This document shows, one piece after another, positions 49,013 to 59,588 of a stretch of 59,588 bases of DNA (the stretch's first letter is position 1; every line of letters begins with the position of its first letter). This DNA is from Oligoflexales bacterium (GTDB lineage Bacteria; Bdellovibrionota_B; Oligoflexia; Oligoflexales; JBIKVD01). Below the pieces are notes generated by a model. It worked only from the letters and a program-made list of their open reading frames with translations, was not told the origin of the DNA and ran no database searches. The stretch lies in assembly GCA_044357055.1 (NCBI GenBank), contig JBIKVD010000001.1, forward strand, positions 1-59,588, given 5' to 3'. The position numbers and the translations under genes were made by a program.

Positions 49013-50272
49013 TTGCGCAAAGCGAGTTGTTGCTTGCAGCCTTCCATTCAAAAAGAGTTCCTCACCCTTGACCTCGGCACGACGAAATTCTGTATTGGTT
49101 ACCTTGCTATCCCAGAAGATTGGCAAAATGAGAGTGCGATCTGTCATTTTCAATTTGCTCCCTCAGCGGGCTTTAAAAAGGGAATGCTTGTTGAGTTTGC
49201 CGAAGCCAAACAAAAATTGGCTCCACTCATACAACAAGCAGAGACAAGGCTTGGTAGAGCTATTGACTCCGTCGTACTGGGCATATCGGGAAGCCATTTA
49301 AGTTCGCGCATTGTTACCATCCAAGAAAATCTCGCGGGCGCCAAAATTGATGCTACGGTCCTAGCAAAAATGAGAACCAAGGCTGAAAGGCGCCCTTCTT
49401 TAAACAAAGACATTATCCACGTTATTCCGATCTACTATCAAATTGATCAACGTCCAAGCGGAGACAGTCCACTCGGTCTGTCGGGCGAACAGATCATGGG
49501 ATCCTTTCTCGTTATCGAAGCGGACTCATTCTATCTTCGAGATATCGTCCATCTTTGCAATGAGGTGGGCTTGGAAGTCAGCCGTCTCTACTGTGAGGCT
49601 TTTGCATCCTCTCAAGTTATTTCGAACGTTGAGCAAAAACAACAGGGCTGCGTGATTCTCGACATCGGGGGCGGGAGCAGCGATGGGATCGTCTATCATT
49701 TAGGAAAACCAAAAGGAATTTTTACTGCCAATATTGGCGGCCAGCACATGACCGGGGATATCAGTATAGGCCTGAACCTCCCTTGGCACGAGGCAGAGCA
49801 AGTAAAAACGTTTTTTTGTTTAAACCATCTTGCTGAGAAAGAAGCAGTCATAGCTGTAAGAAACATCCATGGCGAAAGCAAAAATATAACGATGGCTCAG
49901 GTTTATCCCATCCTCGTTCCTCGATTGGAAGAATTGGTGAACCAGGTGAACTCGCGCATTCATCCGATCAAGGCTTCGTTGAAGGGTGGCATTTTATTGA
50001 CCGGAGGTGGTTCGCGGTTGGAGGGCATTTGTGAGATTTTCACCCGCTTGAGCGGCCTTGAAACCCGAACTTATCAGCCTCAATTTCCCAAACTGGATGC
50101 AAAAAAATCGCTGCTGATCCCCAACCAAGATTATTCTGGAGTCTACGCGACATCCTTAGGAATGTTGGCGCTAGAAACTGAGATGGCTGATCTTCAAAGT
50201 GTTCAGAATCAGGGAAAGACCAAGACACGCTATCTGCGAAGGTTTCTTAACTTATTAAAGGAACTGTCTTAA
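49013..50272 (+). CDS. ftsA: Cell division protein FtsA (actin-like ATPase)
   Basis: LTLDLGTTKFCIG, ILDIGGGSSD and LTGGGSRLEG are present, plus a C-terminal amphipathic tail (RYLRRFLNLLKEL). The start codon is TTG. Confidence 0.85.
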   Translation: MRKASCCLQPSIQKEFLTLDLGTTKFCIGYLAIPEDWQNESAICHFQFAPSAGFKKGMLVEFAEAKQKLAPLIQQAETRLGRAIDSVVLGISGSHLSSRIVTIQENLAGAKIDATVLAKMRTKAERRPSLNKDIIHVIPIYYQIDQRPSGDSPLGLSGEQIMGSFLVIEADSFYLRDIVHLCNEVGLEVSRLYCEAFASSQVISNVEQKQQGCVILDIGGGSSDGIVYHLGKPKGIFTANIGGQHMTGDISIGLNLPWHEAEQVKTFFCLNHLAEKEAVIAVRNIHGESKNITMAQVYPILVPRLEELVNQVNSRIHPIKASLKGGILLTGGGSRLEGICEIFTRLSGLETRTYQPQFPKLDAKKSLLIPNQDYSGVYATSLGMLALETEMADLQSVQNQGKTKTRYLRRFLNLLKELS

Positions 50273-50397
50273 ACACAACTATTTGCCAAAAACATTCTTT
50301 ATCCAAACCTGCCCCCTTGGCAATCTCTGTACATTTTCGGTGGAATCATGGCTCCTGATCGAGATTCCTTCGAATACAAAGACTTCGAGTCAAAACA

Positions 50398-50427
50398 TTG
50401 ACACCGTTGACAAGTGCCCTCTATAAT
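50398..50427 (+). promoter_or_regulatory. Consensus sigma70-type promoter (TTGACA-N18-TATAAT) in front of ftsZ
   Basis: TTGACA at 50398-50403 and TATAAT at 50422-50427, in the 207-nt ftsA-ftsZ gap. GGAAGGGAG lies upstream of the ATG at 50480. Confidence 0.55.
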
Positions 50428-50479
50428 TAGAGGAAATACCACAGACATGCTGTTCTAAATATCGGGAAGGGAGTTCGCG

Positions 50480-52240
50480 ATGACATTTGATGCTGAAAAT
50501 TCACTACCTCCAGGCGCAAGAATAAAGGTCATCGGCGTAGGTGGAGGCGGCGGCAATGCCGTCAATACTATGATCCTATCCAATCTGGACGGCGTGGATT
50601 TTTTGGTTGCCAACACAGATGTTCAGTCACTACGGACTGCTAAAGCACCGACAAAAATCCAGTTAGGCAAGGAGCTAACGAAAGGTCTTGGCGCTGGAGC
50701 TGATCCTGATATAGGCAGAGAAGCTGCCTTGGAAGACAGGCATGAGATTGCCGAATTTCTCCAGGACGCGGATATGGTTTTTATTACAGCTGGCATGGGC
50801 GGGGGCACAGGAACAGGCGCTGCTGCCGTCATTTCTCAGATTGCTCGTGAGCTCGGTGCTCTCACCGTGGGCGTCGTTACCAAGCCATTTGATTTCGAGG
50901 GCAAAAGACGGCGGCGGCATGCAGAGTTAGGTATCGAGAGACTAAAGGATTGTGTTGATACCTTGATAACGATACCCAATCAGAAATTGCTACAAATCGC
51001 CACACCTGACTTGACGATGATGGATGCCTTCAAGATGGCCGATAACGTCCTGGTGAATGCCGTCAGGGGAATCAGTGATATCATCAACGTTCCAGGAACG
51101 GTTAATGTGGACTTTGCGGACGTCAAGGCGGTCATGTCCAGCATGGGCCATGCACTTATGGGTATTGGCGTGGCAAGTGGCGAAAAGCGTGCTGTGGAGG
51201 CTGCAAGACAGGCGATCAGTTCTCCCCTTTTAGAGGACATTGATATTGAAGGCGCCACAGGAATATTGATCAATATCACTGCTTCGAGCAACATTAGTCT
51301 CATCGAAATCAGCGAGGCCTGCTCCATTATTCAGGAAGCCGCTCATGAAGAGGCCAATATTATTTTTGGGGCTGCGATAGACGAGAATCTCGGTGAGGAG
51401 ATTCGTGTGACCGTGATTGCCACTGGATTTCCTATGGATCAACATCACGATCTGCACAGGGTTCCAGAACCAACGGCGTCTCACCATCGCCGAACCATTT
51501 TAAGTCAGCCCGCAACAAGCACTCTGCACAGAGCAAGTCCCGGACAAACTCAGCGCCCCCTAGCTGAACGAACGGATTCTCAAGGTCATGGGCTGATCGA
51601 CCAAAATTTGCGTCAAGGGCTTGAACAGCCACGACGCGGCGCGGCTAGCTCGCAAGTCCAAGCGTCCTATGCCGGAATCCAGGAGTCCGACGACCTGGTT
51701 AAGTGGACGATGGAACAGACCTTGGAACCGAACCGACATGGTGGCACTACTATGCCAACATATCCGGAAACTGGTGCCGGATTCAAAGATAGTCGGGGTT
51801 GGGAAAATGTGACACAAAGCCTTAGCAAAATGCACGGCAGTCAAATCCATGGAAGTCCGATGCAAGGAGGTCAAATGGTGGATTCTGATTCTGCTTTGGA
51901 AGCTGCATCCATTGAAGCGGAACTGGATGATATTGAAGGTCGACTCTTGGCAGATGACTATCACTCATTGGATTTGGATGTGCGCAATGCCAATCTAAAT
52001 GCGAATATTGGGCTAGATGGAGCAGCCATCGGAAAGCCTGAGCCCACCGCTGGCCCAAGCGCTCAATACCAAGATGATCTCTTTTCAAAAATGCATGAGG
52101 ACATCTCTATGAAGATTGATCATGCTTTGGATTTTGCGGAGAAGCTCCATGGGAATTTTCATGATCCCAAAATCTCCTCGGAAGATATGGAGATTCCGGC
52201 CTTTATACGCAATGGGATGAAGGATATTCCCATTTCCTAG
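50480..52240 (+). CDS. ftsZ: Cell division GTPase FtsZ with a long C-terminal linker
   Basis: IKVIGVGGGGGNAVN, GMGGGTGTGAA and NVDFADV are present, with the C-terminal conserved peptide DMEIPAFIRN. The total of 586 aa includes about 240 aa of low-complexity linker. Confidence 0.97.
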   Translation: MTFDAENSLPPGARIKVIGVGGGGGNAVNTMILSNLDGVDFLVANTDVQSLRTAKAPTKIQLGKELTKGLGAGADPDIGREAALEDRHEIAEFLQDADMVFITAGMGGGTGTGAAAVISQIARELGALTVGVVTKPFDFEGKRRRRHAELGIERLKDCVDTLITIPNQKLLQIATPDLTMMDAFKMADNVLVNAVRGISDIINVPGTVNVDFADVKAVMSSMGHALMGIGVASGEKRAVEAARQAISSPLLEDIDIEGATGILINITASSNISLIEISEACSIIQEAAHEEANIIFGAAIDENLGEEIRVTVIATGFPMDQHHDLHRVPEPTASHHRRTILSQPATSTLHRASPGQTQRPLAERTDSQGHGLIDQNLRQGLEQPRRGAASSQVQASYAGIQESDDLVKWTMEQTLEPNRHGGTTMPTYPETGAGFKDSRGWENVTQSLSKMHGSQIHGSPMQGGQMVDSDSALEAASIEAELDDIEGRLLADDYHSLDLDVRNANLNANIGLDGAAIGKPEPTAGPSAQYQDDLFSKMHEDISMKIDHALDFAEKLHGNFHDPKISSEDMEIPAFIRNGMKDIPIS

Positions 52241-52292
52241 GACGAATGATCACCAGGCAAGACCTTCCAAAAGCTTCCTAGGTGCATCATCC

Positions 52293-53246
52293 TCAGCTCT
52301 TGGCTGGCTTTGCCATGATGGCCCGGATGGAAGTATGATTCTGCTGATGCAATAGCCCTTCAACCAGATTGCCAATGGCCGCTCGGCTCTCTTCGCGAAA
52401 TGTAGTAGTTAAACATTGAGATAAAGGGGGTATGGCGGAGCCCGGTTTGCCGATTTCTGTCATCCCAAGCAGAAAGTTTGCGAGGCGGCCTCTTATGCCC
52501 AACCTCATGCGACCGTCTACTTGACTCTGAATGAGTCTGATTAATTGTTCTGAATTGAACTCCTCAGCCCCCTCCATGTCTGAAATCAAAGTTGCGTCTT
52601 TCAGAGGTGCATCCGTCAGCATAGATAGCGACGCGACGAGATCATCAACATGAATGGGTTTGATGATTTTCTTGAAGGAAGGCAAGGGTAATATGAAGGG
52701 AATTTTGAGGGCATCTTTAACGCTTTTATAAAGAAAGTAGCCACTCTCTACCGGACCGATAACCAAGGGCGCGCGGAGGATTAATTTTTCTGGCACGCCA
52801 GAATTAAGAATCATGTGCTCCGCCCAGTACTTTTCCCGCTTAAAAAAAGAGGGATCATCAGGAGATGCACCTTGAACGGACATAAAAATCAGGCGTTTCG
52901 TCTTGGCAATTTCCATCGCCTGCAATAAATTTCTCAAGGCACTCAAATTGACCGAATCTTTCCAACGCTCCGCCTGCCCGGGGGGCTGCTTAAAACTGGA
53001 TTCCCAAGCCAAATGAATCACGGTGCTGGCACCACGCAGGGGAATCTTGATGATATCAATATTGCTAAGGTCACTACACACTGGGAAAACATGATTGAGG
53101 GACTCAGGCATCCGGTGCCGGTACAAGGCAACAATGTTAGCAGCGCCGCGGGCGAGGGTTCTAATCAGTTGTCTGCCAATAAAGCCCGAGGATCCGGTTA
53201 CAAAGATGGTGCGATCGTGAATTCGTGAGGCTTGAACCATTTTCAA
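52293..53246 (-). CDS. NAD(P)-dependent epimerase/dehydratase-family (extended/atypical SDR) protein
   Basis: Rossmann motif IFVTGSSGFIGRQLIRTL. Size 317 aa. Confidence 0.7.
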   Translation of the reverse strand: MKMVQASRIHDRTIFVTGSSGFIGRQLIRTLARGAANIVALYRHRMPESLNHVFPVCSDLSNIDIIKIPLRGASTVIHLAWESSFKQPPGQAERWKDSVNLSALRNLLQAMEIAKTKRLIFMSVQGASPDDPSFFKREKYWAEHMILNSGVPEKLILRAPLVIGPVESGYFLYKSVKDALKIPFILPLPSFKKIIKPIHVDDLVASLSMLTDAPLKDATLISDMEGAEEFNSEQLIRLIQSQVDGRMRLGIRGRLANFLLGMTEIGKPGSAIPPLSQCLTTTFREESRAAIGNLVEGLLHQQNHTSIRAIMAKPAKS

Positions 53247-53325
53247 TCACTCATTTTGTGTTTTGTAGATAGGAACTGCCCTGTGCTCAGCCGGCCCTTC
53301 GAGCGCTTTAGCTGCAGAACATTTG

Positions 53326-54420
53326 TTACAAATCATTATACAACAGATAGCACTTTTTTGCCGCATCCTTCCAAGTGGGCAGAGCAAAGCGCTGCACAAG
53401 ATCGGGGAAGCTAAGAGCTCCGTTCACAGGACTGTCGAGAGCCGTCCTGATACCATCAATCCAATCAGCCACACTTGAACTATCCACAAAGTGTATCTTT
53501 TCGTAGCCGCGTACCATTTGATAGCTGGGAAGAGGTCGACAAACAACCGGCATGCCATAGGAAAGAGCCTCGAATAGAGGTAAACCAAAACCTTCAAATC
53601 GAGACGGCGTAAGCAATAGGTGAGATGTCTCATAGGCTTTTTCAATCTCGCTTAAACTTCCGTTGAGGATATGCAAAAGGCTCTTTGCGCGATAGGTAAC
53701 ATTCTTGAGATAATGCCGCAAAAGCTGCATGCCCTTCCCGTCCGTACAAATAAGAAAATCCCATTCATCTGACATTTCAGCAATGATATTGCTGAGAAGA
53801 TCGAAACCTTTGTATGCCTCGCCTCGTGCAACGAAGAGAATTTGCGGACGACTACCCGCTCTGGGCAGAATACGCTTGGTCTCCTTTTGGCTGCCCCAGA
53901 GGTGGTCGACTCCGTTACTGATGACCTCCACTCGGTCAAATTCCTTTTGCCCAAAGAACTCTCCAATTTTATCCCTCGTCGCTTCTGAGACTGCGATCAC
54001 TCGATCTGCCTTCGCTAGAGCTCTGCGGACGAGAATGGGAAACTGAAGGCTGTAAGCAAACGAAACCGCGCTCGAATCCTGCATCGGGATGAGATCATGA
54101 ATCGTCAGCACAAATTTATCGCCGCCTCGCTTGCCCAGGAGCGGCAAGTTAAGATTACTAAGAGCGTGATAAATGATGGGTCGATTCCTATATCCTTTTT
54201 GGGCCTGCCAATAGGAAAATAGAGGCGCAGAGGCTTTCGCCATAAATGGCAGGGAAGCGCCCAGGGGCATCCGATCTAAATCCGGATATACTTCTTGCGC
54301 GGTGGCGAGCGCGGCCGTTAAATGATGGTATTCTTGTAAGCTTTTGTGTAGTTGCAACGCATGGGTGCGAATGCCGGAAATTTGACCTAAGCCATAGGCG
54401 TCCCAAACAAGAGGGAGCAA
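53326..54420 (-). CDS. Glycosyltransferase, GT4 (GT-B fold) family
   Basis: The C-terminal motif PSRFEGFGLPLFEALSYGMPVV and the N-terminal GIRTHALQL-type segment are present. The putative TTG start lies 1 nt after the atpC stop. Confidence 0.8.
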   Translation of the reverse strand: MLPLVWDAYGLGQISGIRTHALQLHKSLQEYHHLTAALATAQEVYPDLDRMPLGASLPFMAKASAPLFSYWQAQKGYRNRPIIYHALSNLNLPLLGKRGGDKFVLTIHDLIPMQDSSAVSFAYSLQFPILVRRALAKADRVIAVSEATRDKIGEFFGQKEFDRVEVISNGVDHLWGSQKETKRILPRAGSRPQILFVARGEAYKGFDLLSNIIAEMSDEWDFLICTDGKGMQLLRHYLKNVTYRAKSLLHILNGSLSEIEKAYETSHLLLTPSRFEGFGLPLFEALSYGMPVVCRPLPSYQMVRGYEKIHFVDSSSVADWIDGIRTALDSPVNGALSFPDLVQRFALPTWKDAAKKCYLLYNDL

Positions 54421-54421
54421 G

Positions 54422-54844
54422 TTACTGAACCAATTCTGCAGCAGCTATACGCGATGAAGCTCGTAATAAAGCAGCTTGGGCCCTAACGATATCGGTATCT
54501 TCTCTCTGAGATTTAAGCAGTTGCTCAGCTCGTCGCAAGGCCTCCATAGCTCTAGCCTTATCAATGCTGGACGCTTGTTCACTTACATCAGCCAAGATAT
54601 TGACTTGGTCTTGATTGACTTCGACAAAGCCTCCGGAAACAAAGAATGACTGCTTAGCCCCTGAAGCGGCCTCCTCAATAGTTACGATTCCAGTCCCAAG
54701 CACCGACAGAAACTTCGTGTGCAAAGGCAATAGGGTTGCATAACCATCAATCAGAGGAAGCATGATAGAGCGCACCGCAACGGATGGAAAACTTCGCTGA
54801 GGTAAAGTTAACTGAAGGTTCAAAAATTCCACGATATCTCCCAA
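54422..54844 (-). CDS. atpC: F1 ATP synthase epsilon subunit
   Basis: 140 aa with a beta-sandwich followed by a helical hairpin (VSGGFVEV..V.ILAD..E....ID..RA). It sits after atpD. Confidence 0.85.
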   Translation of the reverse strand: MGDIVEFLNLQLTLPQRSFPSVAVRSIMLPLIDGYATLLPLHTKFLSVLGTGIVTIEEAASGAKQSFFVSGGFVEVNQDQVNILADVSEQASSIDKARAMEALRRAEQLLKSQREDTDIVRAQAALLRASSRIAAAELVQ

Positions 54845-54878
54845 AACGGCTTCTGCTGCTTCCTAGAAAAACCAAAAC

Positions 54879-56315
<1,437 letters not shown>

Positions 56316-56333
56316 CTACCAGAATATACAATC

Positions 56334-57275
56334 TTAAAGAGCTGATGCCCCGCTCGTAATTTCAATCAATTCCGTTGTGATTGCTGCTTGCCGACCTCGG
56401 TTGTAATCTAGAGTCAGTTTTAAAATCACTTCTCTTGCATTATTCGTGGCTGAGTCCATGGCTGTCATCCTAGCTCCATGCTCGGAAGCAGCGGCGTTAA
56501 GAATGACCCGAAAGACCTTGTTTGATATCTGCCGTGAAACCAGAGCGCGCACCACCTCATCCGTACTAGGCTTCACCAAATAGTCCCCTCCCCCACTCTG
56601 GCTGGACTTAACTCCCTGAGAGGGAATTGAGGGGTCGGCAAGTGCAGGTTCAGCGACGATTGGCAAAATCCTGTCAACACGAGGATTCTGGGATAATGCC
56701 GAGCGAAATTCCGGATAAACGGCGTAAACGGCATCATATTTTTCAGCGAATTCATTCGCAAAGGTCTTGGCAAGGGTATCCGCAAAGCTAAAGTCAGGTG
56801 ACTCCACGACCCTTTGATGGGTCGCGACAACCTTTATGGACGCGGTGTTTCGGAGTTTTAAAATGTTTTTGCCAATATCACCACGCGCCTGCTTGCCGTA
56901 GACTTGATCCACTTTTTTCCCGAGCAGAAGGAGATCGATCGCCACTCCCGCCTCTGCTTTCTCTCGCAAAAAGCGATTGGACGCCTTGGCGACATTGGTA
57001 TTCAAAGCCCCGCAAAGTCCGCGGTCCGAGGCAACAACCATAACCAAGATGCGAGATTCCGTTCGTTGTTGGAAAACTGGCAAAGATTCAAGGTTAGCGG
57101 ATGCACTAACCTGAGCTAACAAGCGATCTATCGCCTGGCCGTAAGGAGTCGCGCCTCTGATAGCGGCGTTCGCCCTTGCGAACTTCGCTGCAGATACAAG
57201 CTTCATCGCCTTCGTGATTTTCTGAGTGTTTTTAACACTCACAATCCTTCGGCGGATCTCTTTCAGGGTTGCCAT
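56334..57275 (-). CDS. atpG: F1 ATP synthase gamma subunit
   Basis: MATLKEIRRRIVSVKNTQKITKAMKLVSAAK and the C-terminal RQAAITTELIEITSGASAL are present. Confidence 0.93.
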   Translation of the reverse strand: MATLKEIRRRIVSVKNTQKITKAMKLVSAAKFARANAAIRGATPYGQAIDRLLAQVSASANLESLPVFQQRTESRILVMVVASDRGLCGALNTNVAKASNRFLREKAEAGVAIDLLLLGKKVDQVYGKQARGDIGKNILKLRNTASIKVVATHQRVVESPDFSFADTLAKTFANEFAEKYDAVYAVYPEFRSALSQNPRVDRILPIVAEPALADPSIPSQGVKSSQSGGGDYLVKPSTDEVVRALVSRQISNKVFRVILNAAASEHGARMTAMDSATNNAREVILKLTLDYNRGRQAAITTELIEITSGASAL

Positions 57276-57322
57276 ATGAATTCAATCCCGCATTCTAAAG
57301 CATTTTAGTTCTAAGCCGGCAA

Positions 57323-58828
57323 TCAGACGAAACTAGCCTTAAAGGTCTTAATCGCCGCAGCAAGGTCTGCTTCTACATCATTCAATTTGGCCCGGGCTTC
57401 AATCTTGTCCAACAGAGGCTGGTGCTTTGCTGCCAGGAATGCGCTCAGGTTGACCAAGAAGGGGGCAATTTTGCTCTTTTCAAGATCATCCAAAAAACCC
57501 TTGGTTGCGGCAAAGATCTCTGCCACTTGCAAGCCGACCTGCATGGGCAAGTACTGACTCTGCTTCATGACTTCGACCAAGATACCGCCGCGCTTAAGAG
57601 TTCGCTGCGTTGATTCATCCAAGTCGGAGCCAAACTGGGCAAAAGCTGCCAACTCTCGATATTGAGCAAGTTCCAAGCGTAAGGTACCTGCAATTTTCGC
57701 CATCGCCGGGACTTGGGCTGCGCCACCCACCCGAGAAACAGAAAGACCGACGTTCATCGCTGGACGCACACCTGAGTAGAAAAGATCTGACTCTAAGAAG
57801 ATCTGACCATCCGTGATGGAAATAACGTTGGTTGGAATGTAAGCGGAAATATCACCAGCCTTTGTTTCAATAACTGGAAATGCAGTGATGGATCCACCGC
57901 CATTTTTATCACTAAGCTTACAAGCTCTCTCCAAAAGACGGCTATGAATATAGAAAACGTCGCCTGGGAAAGCTTCGCGACCTGGCGGCCGTCGCAGCAA
58001 CAAAGATAATTCCCGGTAGGCATTGGCTTGTTTCGATAAATCGTCAAAAAAGATAACGACATGCCGACCTTTGTGCAGAAAATACTCTGCAATCCTAGTT
58101 CCTGCATAAGGAGCAAAGAACTGCCACGGTGCAGGATCTTTTGCAGATGCAGAAACCACGATGGTGTAGTCCATAGCACCAGATTTTTTCAAGCGATCAA
58201 CAACACCAGCGACGGTAGAGGCTTTCTGCCCTATCGCTACGTAGATACAAACAACATCTTTGCCTTTTTGGTTAATGATGGTGTCAATGCAAATAGCTGT
58301 CTTTCCAGTCTTCCTATCGCCAATGATTAATTCCCTTTGGCCGCGGCCGATGGGCGTCATGGCGTCAACAACTTTGAGACCGGTTTGTAAAGGTTCATGA
58401 ACAGACTTACGCGCGATAATGCCGGGGGCTTTCACCTCAACAACACCACTTTCCCCACCGGAAATTGCCGGTCCGCCATCGATCGGCTCACCTAGAGAAT
58501 TTACGACGCGGCCTAGCAAAGCGTTACCGATCGGAACCGAGTTGATCTCGTTTAAACGTCGAACGCTGTCGCCTTCACGAATCAGAGTTGTATCCCCAAG
58601 AACAGCGATACCAACATTGCTCTCCTCAAGGTTCAGGACCACTCCTTTAACACCAGAGGCGAACTGCACCATCTCACCAGCCATGGCGTTTTCTAAGCCG
58701 TAGGCGCGAGCGATACCGTCACCAACCATAAGGACCGTACCGGTTTCTTGCATCTCAATCGGGTGCTCATAGTTCTTAATGCGCTCGCTGATGATGCTGC
58801 TGACTTCGTCAACACTGATTTTCTGCAT
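57323..58828 (-). CDS. atpA: F1 ATP synthase alpha subunit
   Basis: GDRKTGKTA (P-loop), [33 protein letters not shown] and ITDGQIFLE are present. Confidence 0.97.
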   Translation of the reverse strand: MQKISVDEVSSIISERIKNYEHPIEMQETGTVLMVGDGIARAYGLENAMAGEMVQFASGVKGVVLNLEESNVGIAVLGDTTLIREGDSVRRLNEINSVPIGNALLGRVVNSLGEPIDGGPAISGGESGVVEVKAPGIIARKSVHEPLQTGLKVVDAMTPIGRGQRELIIGDRKTGKTAICIDTIINQKGKDVVCIYVAIGQKASTVAGVVDRLKKSGAMDYTIVVSASAKDPAPWQFFAPYAGTRIAEYFLHKGRHVVIFFDDLSKQANAYRELSLLLRRPPGREAFPGDVFYIHSRLLERACKLSDKNGGGSITAFPVIETKAGDISAYIPTNVISITDGQIFLESDLFYSGVRPAMNVGLSVSRVGGAAQVPAMAKIAGTLRLELAQYRELAAFAQFGSDLDESTQRTLKRGGILVEVMKQSQYLPMQVGLQVAEIFAATKGFLDDLEKSKIAPFLVNLSAFLAAKHQPLLDKIEARAKLNDVEADLAAAIKTFKASFV

Positions 58829-58851
58829 TTTAACACCCTGTAAATTCTTGG

Positions 58852-59391
58852 TTAAACAACTATAGCTTGAAACAAGCCCTCTATTTTGGCCCGTATACTC
58901 ATATCAAGAACGCGATTCCCAACCTTGATGACCATTCCGCCCAAGACCGATGGGTCAATGGTCTGAGTGATCACAACATTGGTATGGAAATGATGCTTAA
59001 GACCCTGCTGAATCCCTTGTTCTTCGGCGGCCGTTAGGGAAATCGGGGTTAAGACTTCTGCTCTGGTGATTCCCGCTCTTAAGTCCATAAGACGCTGAAA
59101 TTCAACGGCAACAAATGGCAAGACGGCAACGCGGTTTTTCTCCAAAACCGTATAAATGAAATTACGAAATAAGGAATCTGCTTTCTGAGCCTGGAAAATG
59201 CCCTCGAAGAAGCTTTTTTTCACCTGCTGAGGAACAACGGGACTGTTTAAGATGCGCCTCGCATCCTCAATTTGAAAAACGGAGGCTACCGCCTTGAGTG
59301 GCTCCAAGTATTGAGATCCATCCTTCTTAGCGTCATCCAGACATTTGATGAACGCTTCTGCATAGCGACGGGCGATAAGGTCTGCGTTCAT
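58852..59391 (-). CDS. atpH: F1 ATP synthase delta (OSCP) subunit
   Basis: 179 aa with IARRYAEAF at the N-terminus and [21 protein letters not shown] at the C-terminus. It sits between atpF and atpA. Confidence 0.85.
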   Translation of the reverse strand: MNADLIARRYAEAFIKCLDDAKKDGSQYLEPLKAVASVFQIEDARRILNSPVVPQQVKKSFFEGIFQAQKADSLFRNFIYTVLEKNRVAVLPFVAVEFQRLMDLRAGITRAEVLTPISLTAAEEQGIQQGLKHHFHTNVVITQTIDPSVLGGMVIKVGNRVLDMSIRAKIEGLFQAIVV

Positions 59392-59393
59392 AA

Positions 59394-59588
59394 TTAGTTC
59401 CTCAGTTCGGAGCTTATTTTGCGGATCTCAGCATCAAAAATTTGGTGCTGCCGAGTTTCACTCAACTCACTTTCAATTCTCTGTCCTAATTTGCCTTTGA
59501 GTTCTGCAACCATCAGTCTCTTAAGAGACTCAAAGGATTGCTTTGCTTCTGTCTCTATGGAGTTTCGTGCTTCGCTTACGAGGTTCTG
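59394..59588 (-). CDS. atpF: Fo ATP synthase b subunit, C-terminal part (5' end outside window)
   Basis: My manual minus-strand translation is open from the window edge to a TAA at 59394-59396: ..QNLVSEARNSIETEAKQSFESLKRLMVAELKGKLGQRIESELSETRQHQIFDAEIRKISSELRN. The sequence has charged coiled-coil character, and the gene sits immediately upstream of atpH. Confidence 0.5.
   Translation of the reverse strand, partial: QNLVSEARNSIETEAKQSFESLKRLMVAELKGKLGQRIESELSETRQHQIFDAEIRKISSELRN

Noticed and set aside
51560-51964. 134-aa minus-strand ORF inside the ftsZ linker region
   Set aside because: It is a shadow ORF opposite the low-complexity FtsZ linker, whose frame continues into the conserved C-terminal peptide.
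52241-52292. Imperfect inverted repeat (ATGATCACCAGG ... CCTAGGTGCATCAT) between ftsZ and the convergent SDR gene, considered as a terminator
   Set aside because: The stem needs two bulges, the loop is 19 nt, and there is no U-tract. That is too weak to call.

Overview
This window reads as core chromosome from a Gram-negative bacterium. Several protein families hint at a Bdellovibrionota/Myxococcota-like lineage: an AgmX/PglI-type C-terminal domain, a single-subunit cytochrome b succinate:quinone oxidoreductase, and a one-TolQ/two-TolR gene string. That taxonomic call is inference only. Almost all of the sequence is coding and gene junctions are tight. In order, the window holds: (1) an FHA-GAF-HD-GYP signalling gene, truncated at the 5' edge; (2) a tightly coupled exbB/tolQ-like, 2x exbD/tolR-like and AgmX-tail (TonB-C-like) string running straight into RNase J; (3) a PP2C phosphatase and an M23 peptidase; (4) secA; (5) a long minus-strand run sdhC-sdhA-sdhB-purS-purQ-purL / purF-rph; (6) an accessory-looking envelope cluster at about 22.5-28.5 kb, made of an LRR lipoprotein, a divergent trypsin-like lipoprotein, a 7TM-receptor SpoIIE/PP2C phosphatase and an outer-membrane barrel; (7) yajC, an ICMT-family methyltransferase, uvrD/pcrA and rpoH; (8) a lipid-kinase-like gene with amgK and a murU-like gene (MurNAc salvage); (9) a LysM lipoprotein; (10) a dcw cluster mraZ-rsmH-ftsL-ftsI-murE-murD-ftsW-murC-ftsQ-ftsA-ftsZ that lacks murF, mraY, murG, murB and ddl; (11) a minus-strand atpFHAGDC operon with a glycosyltransferase and an SDR gene attached directly to its 3' end. 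I found no rRNA, tRNA, CRISPR array, transposase or integrase. The best candidates for an undescribed system are the 22.5-28.5 kb envelope protease/receptor-phosphatase cluster and the HD-GYP-linked TolQ/TolR/TolR/AgmX-tail module. All functional calls come from motif reading by eye; no database search was possible.
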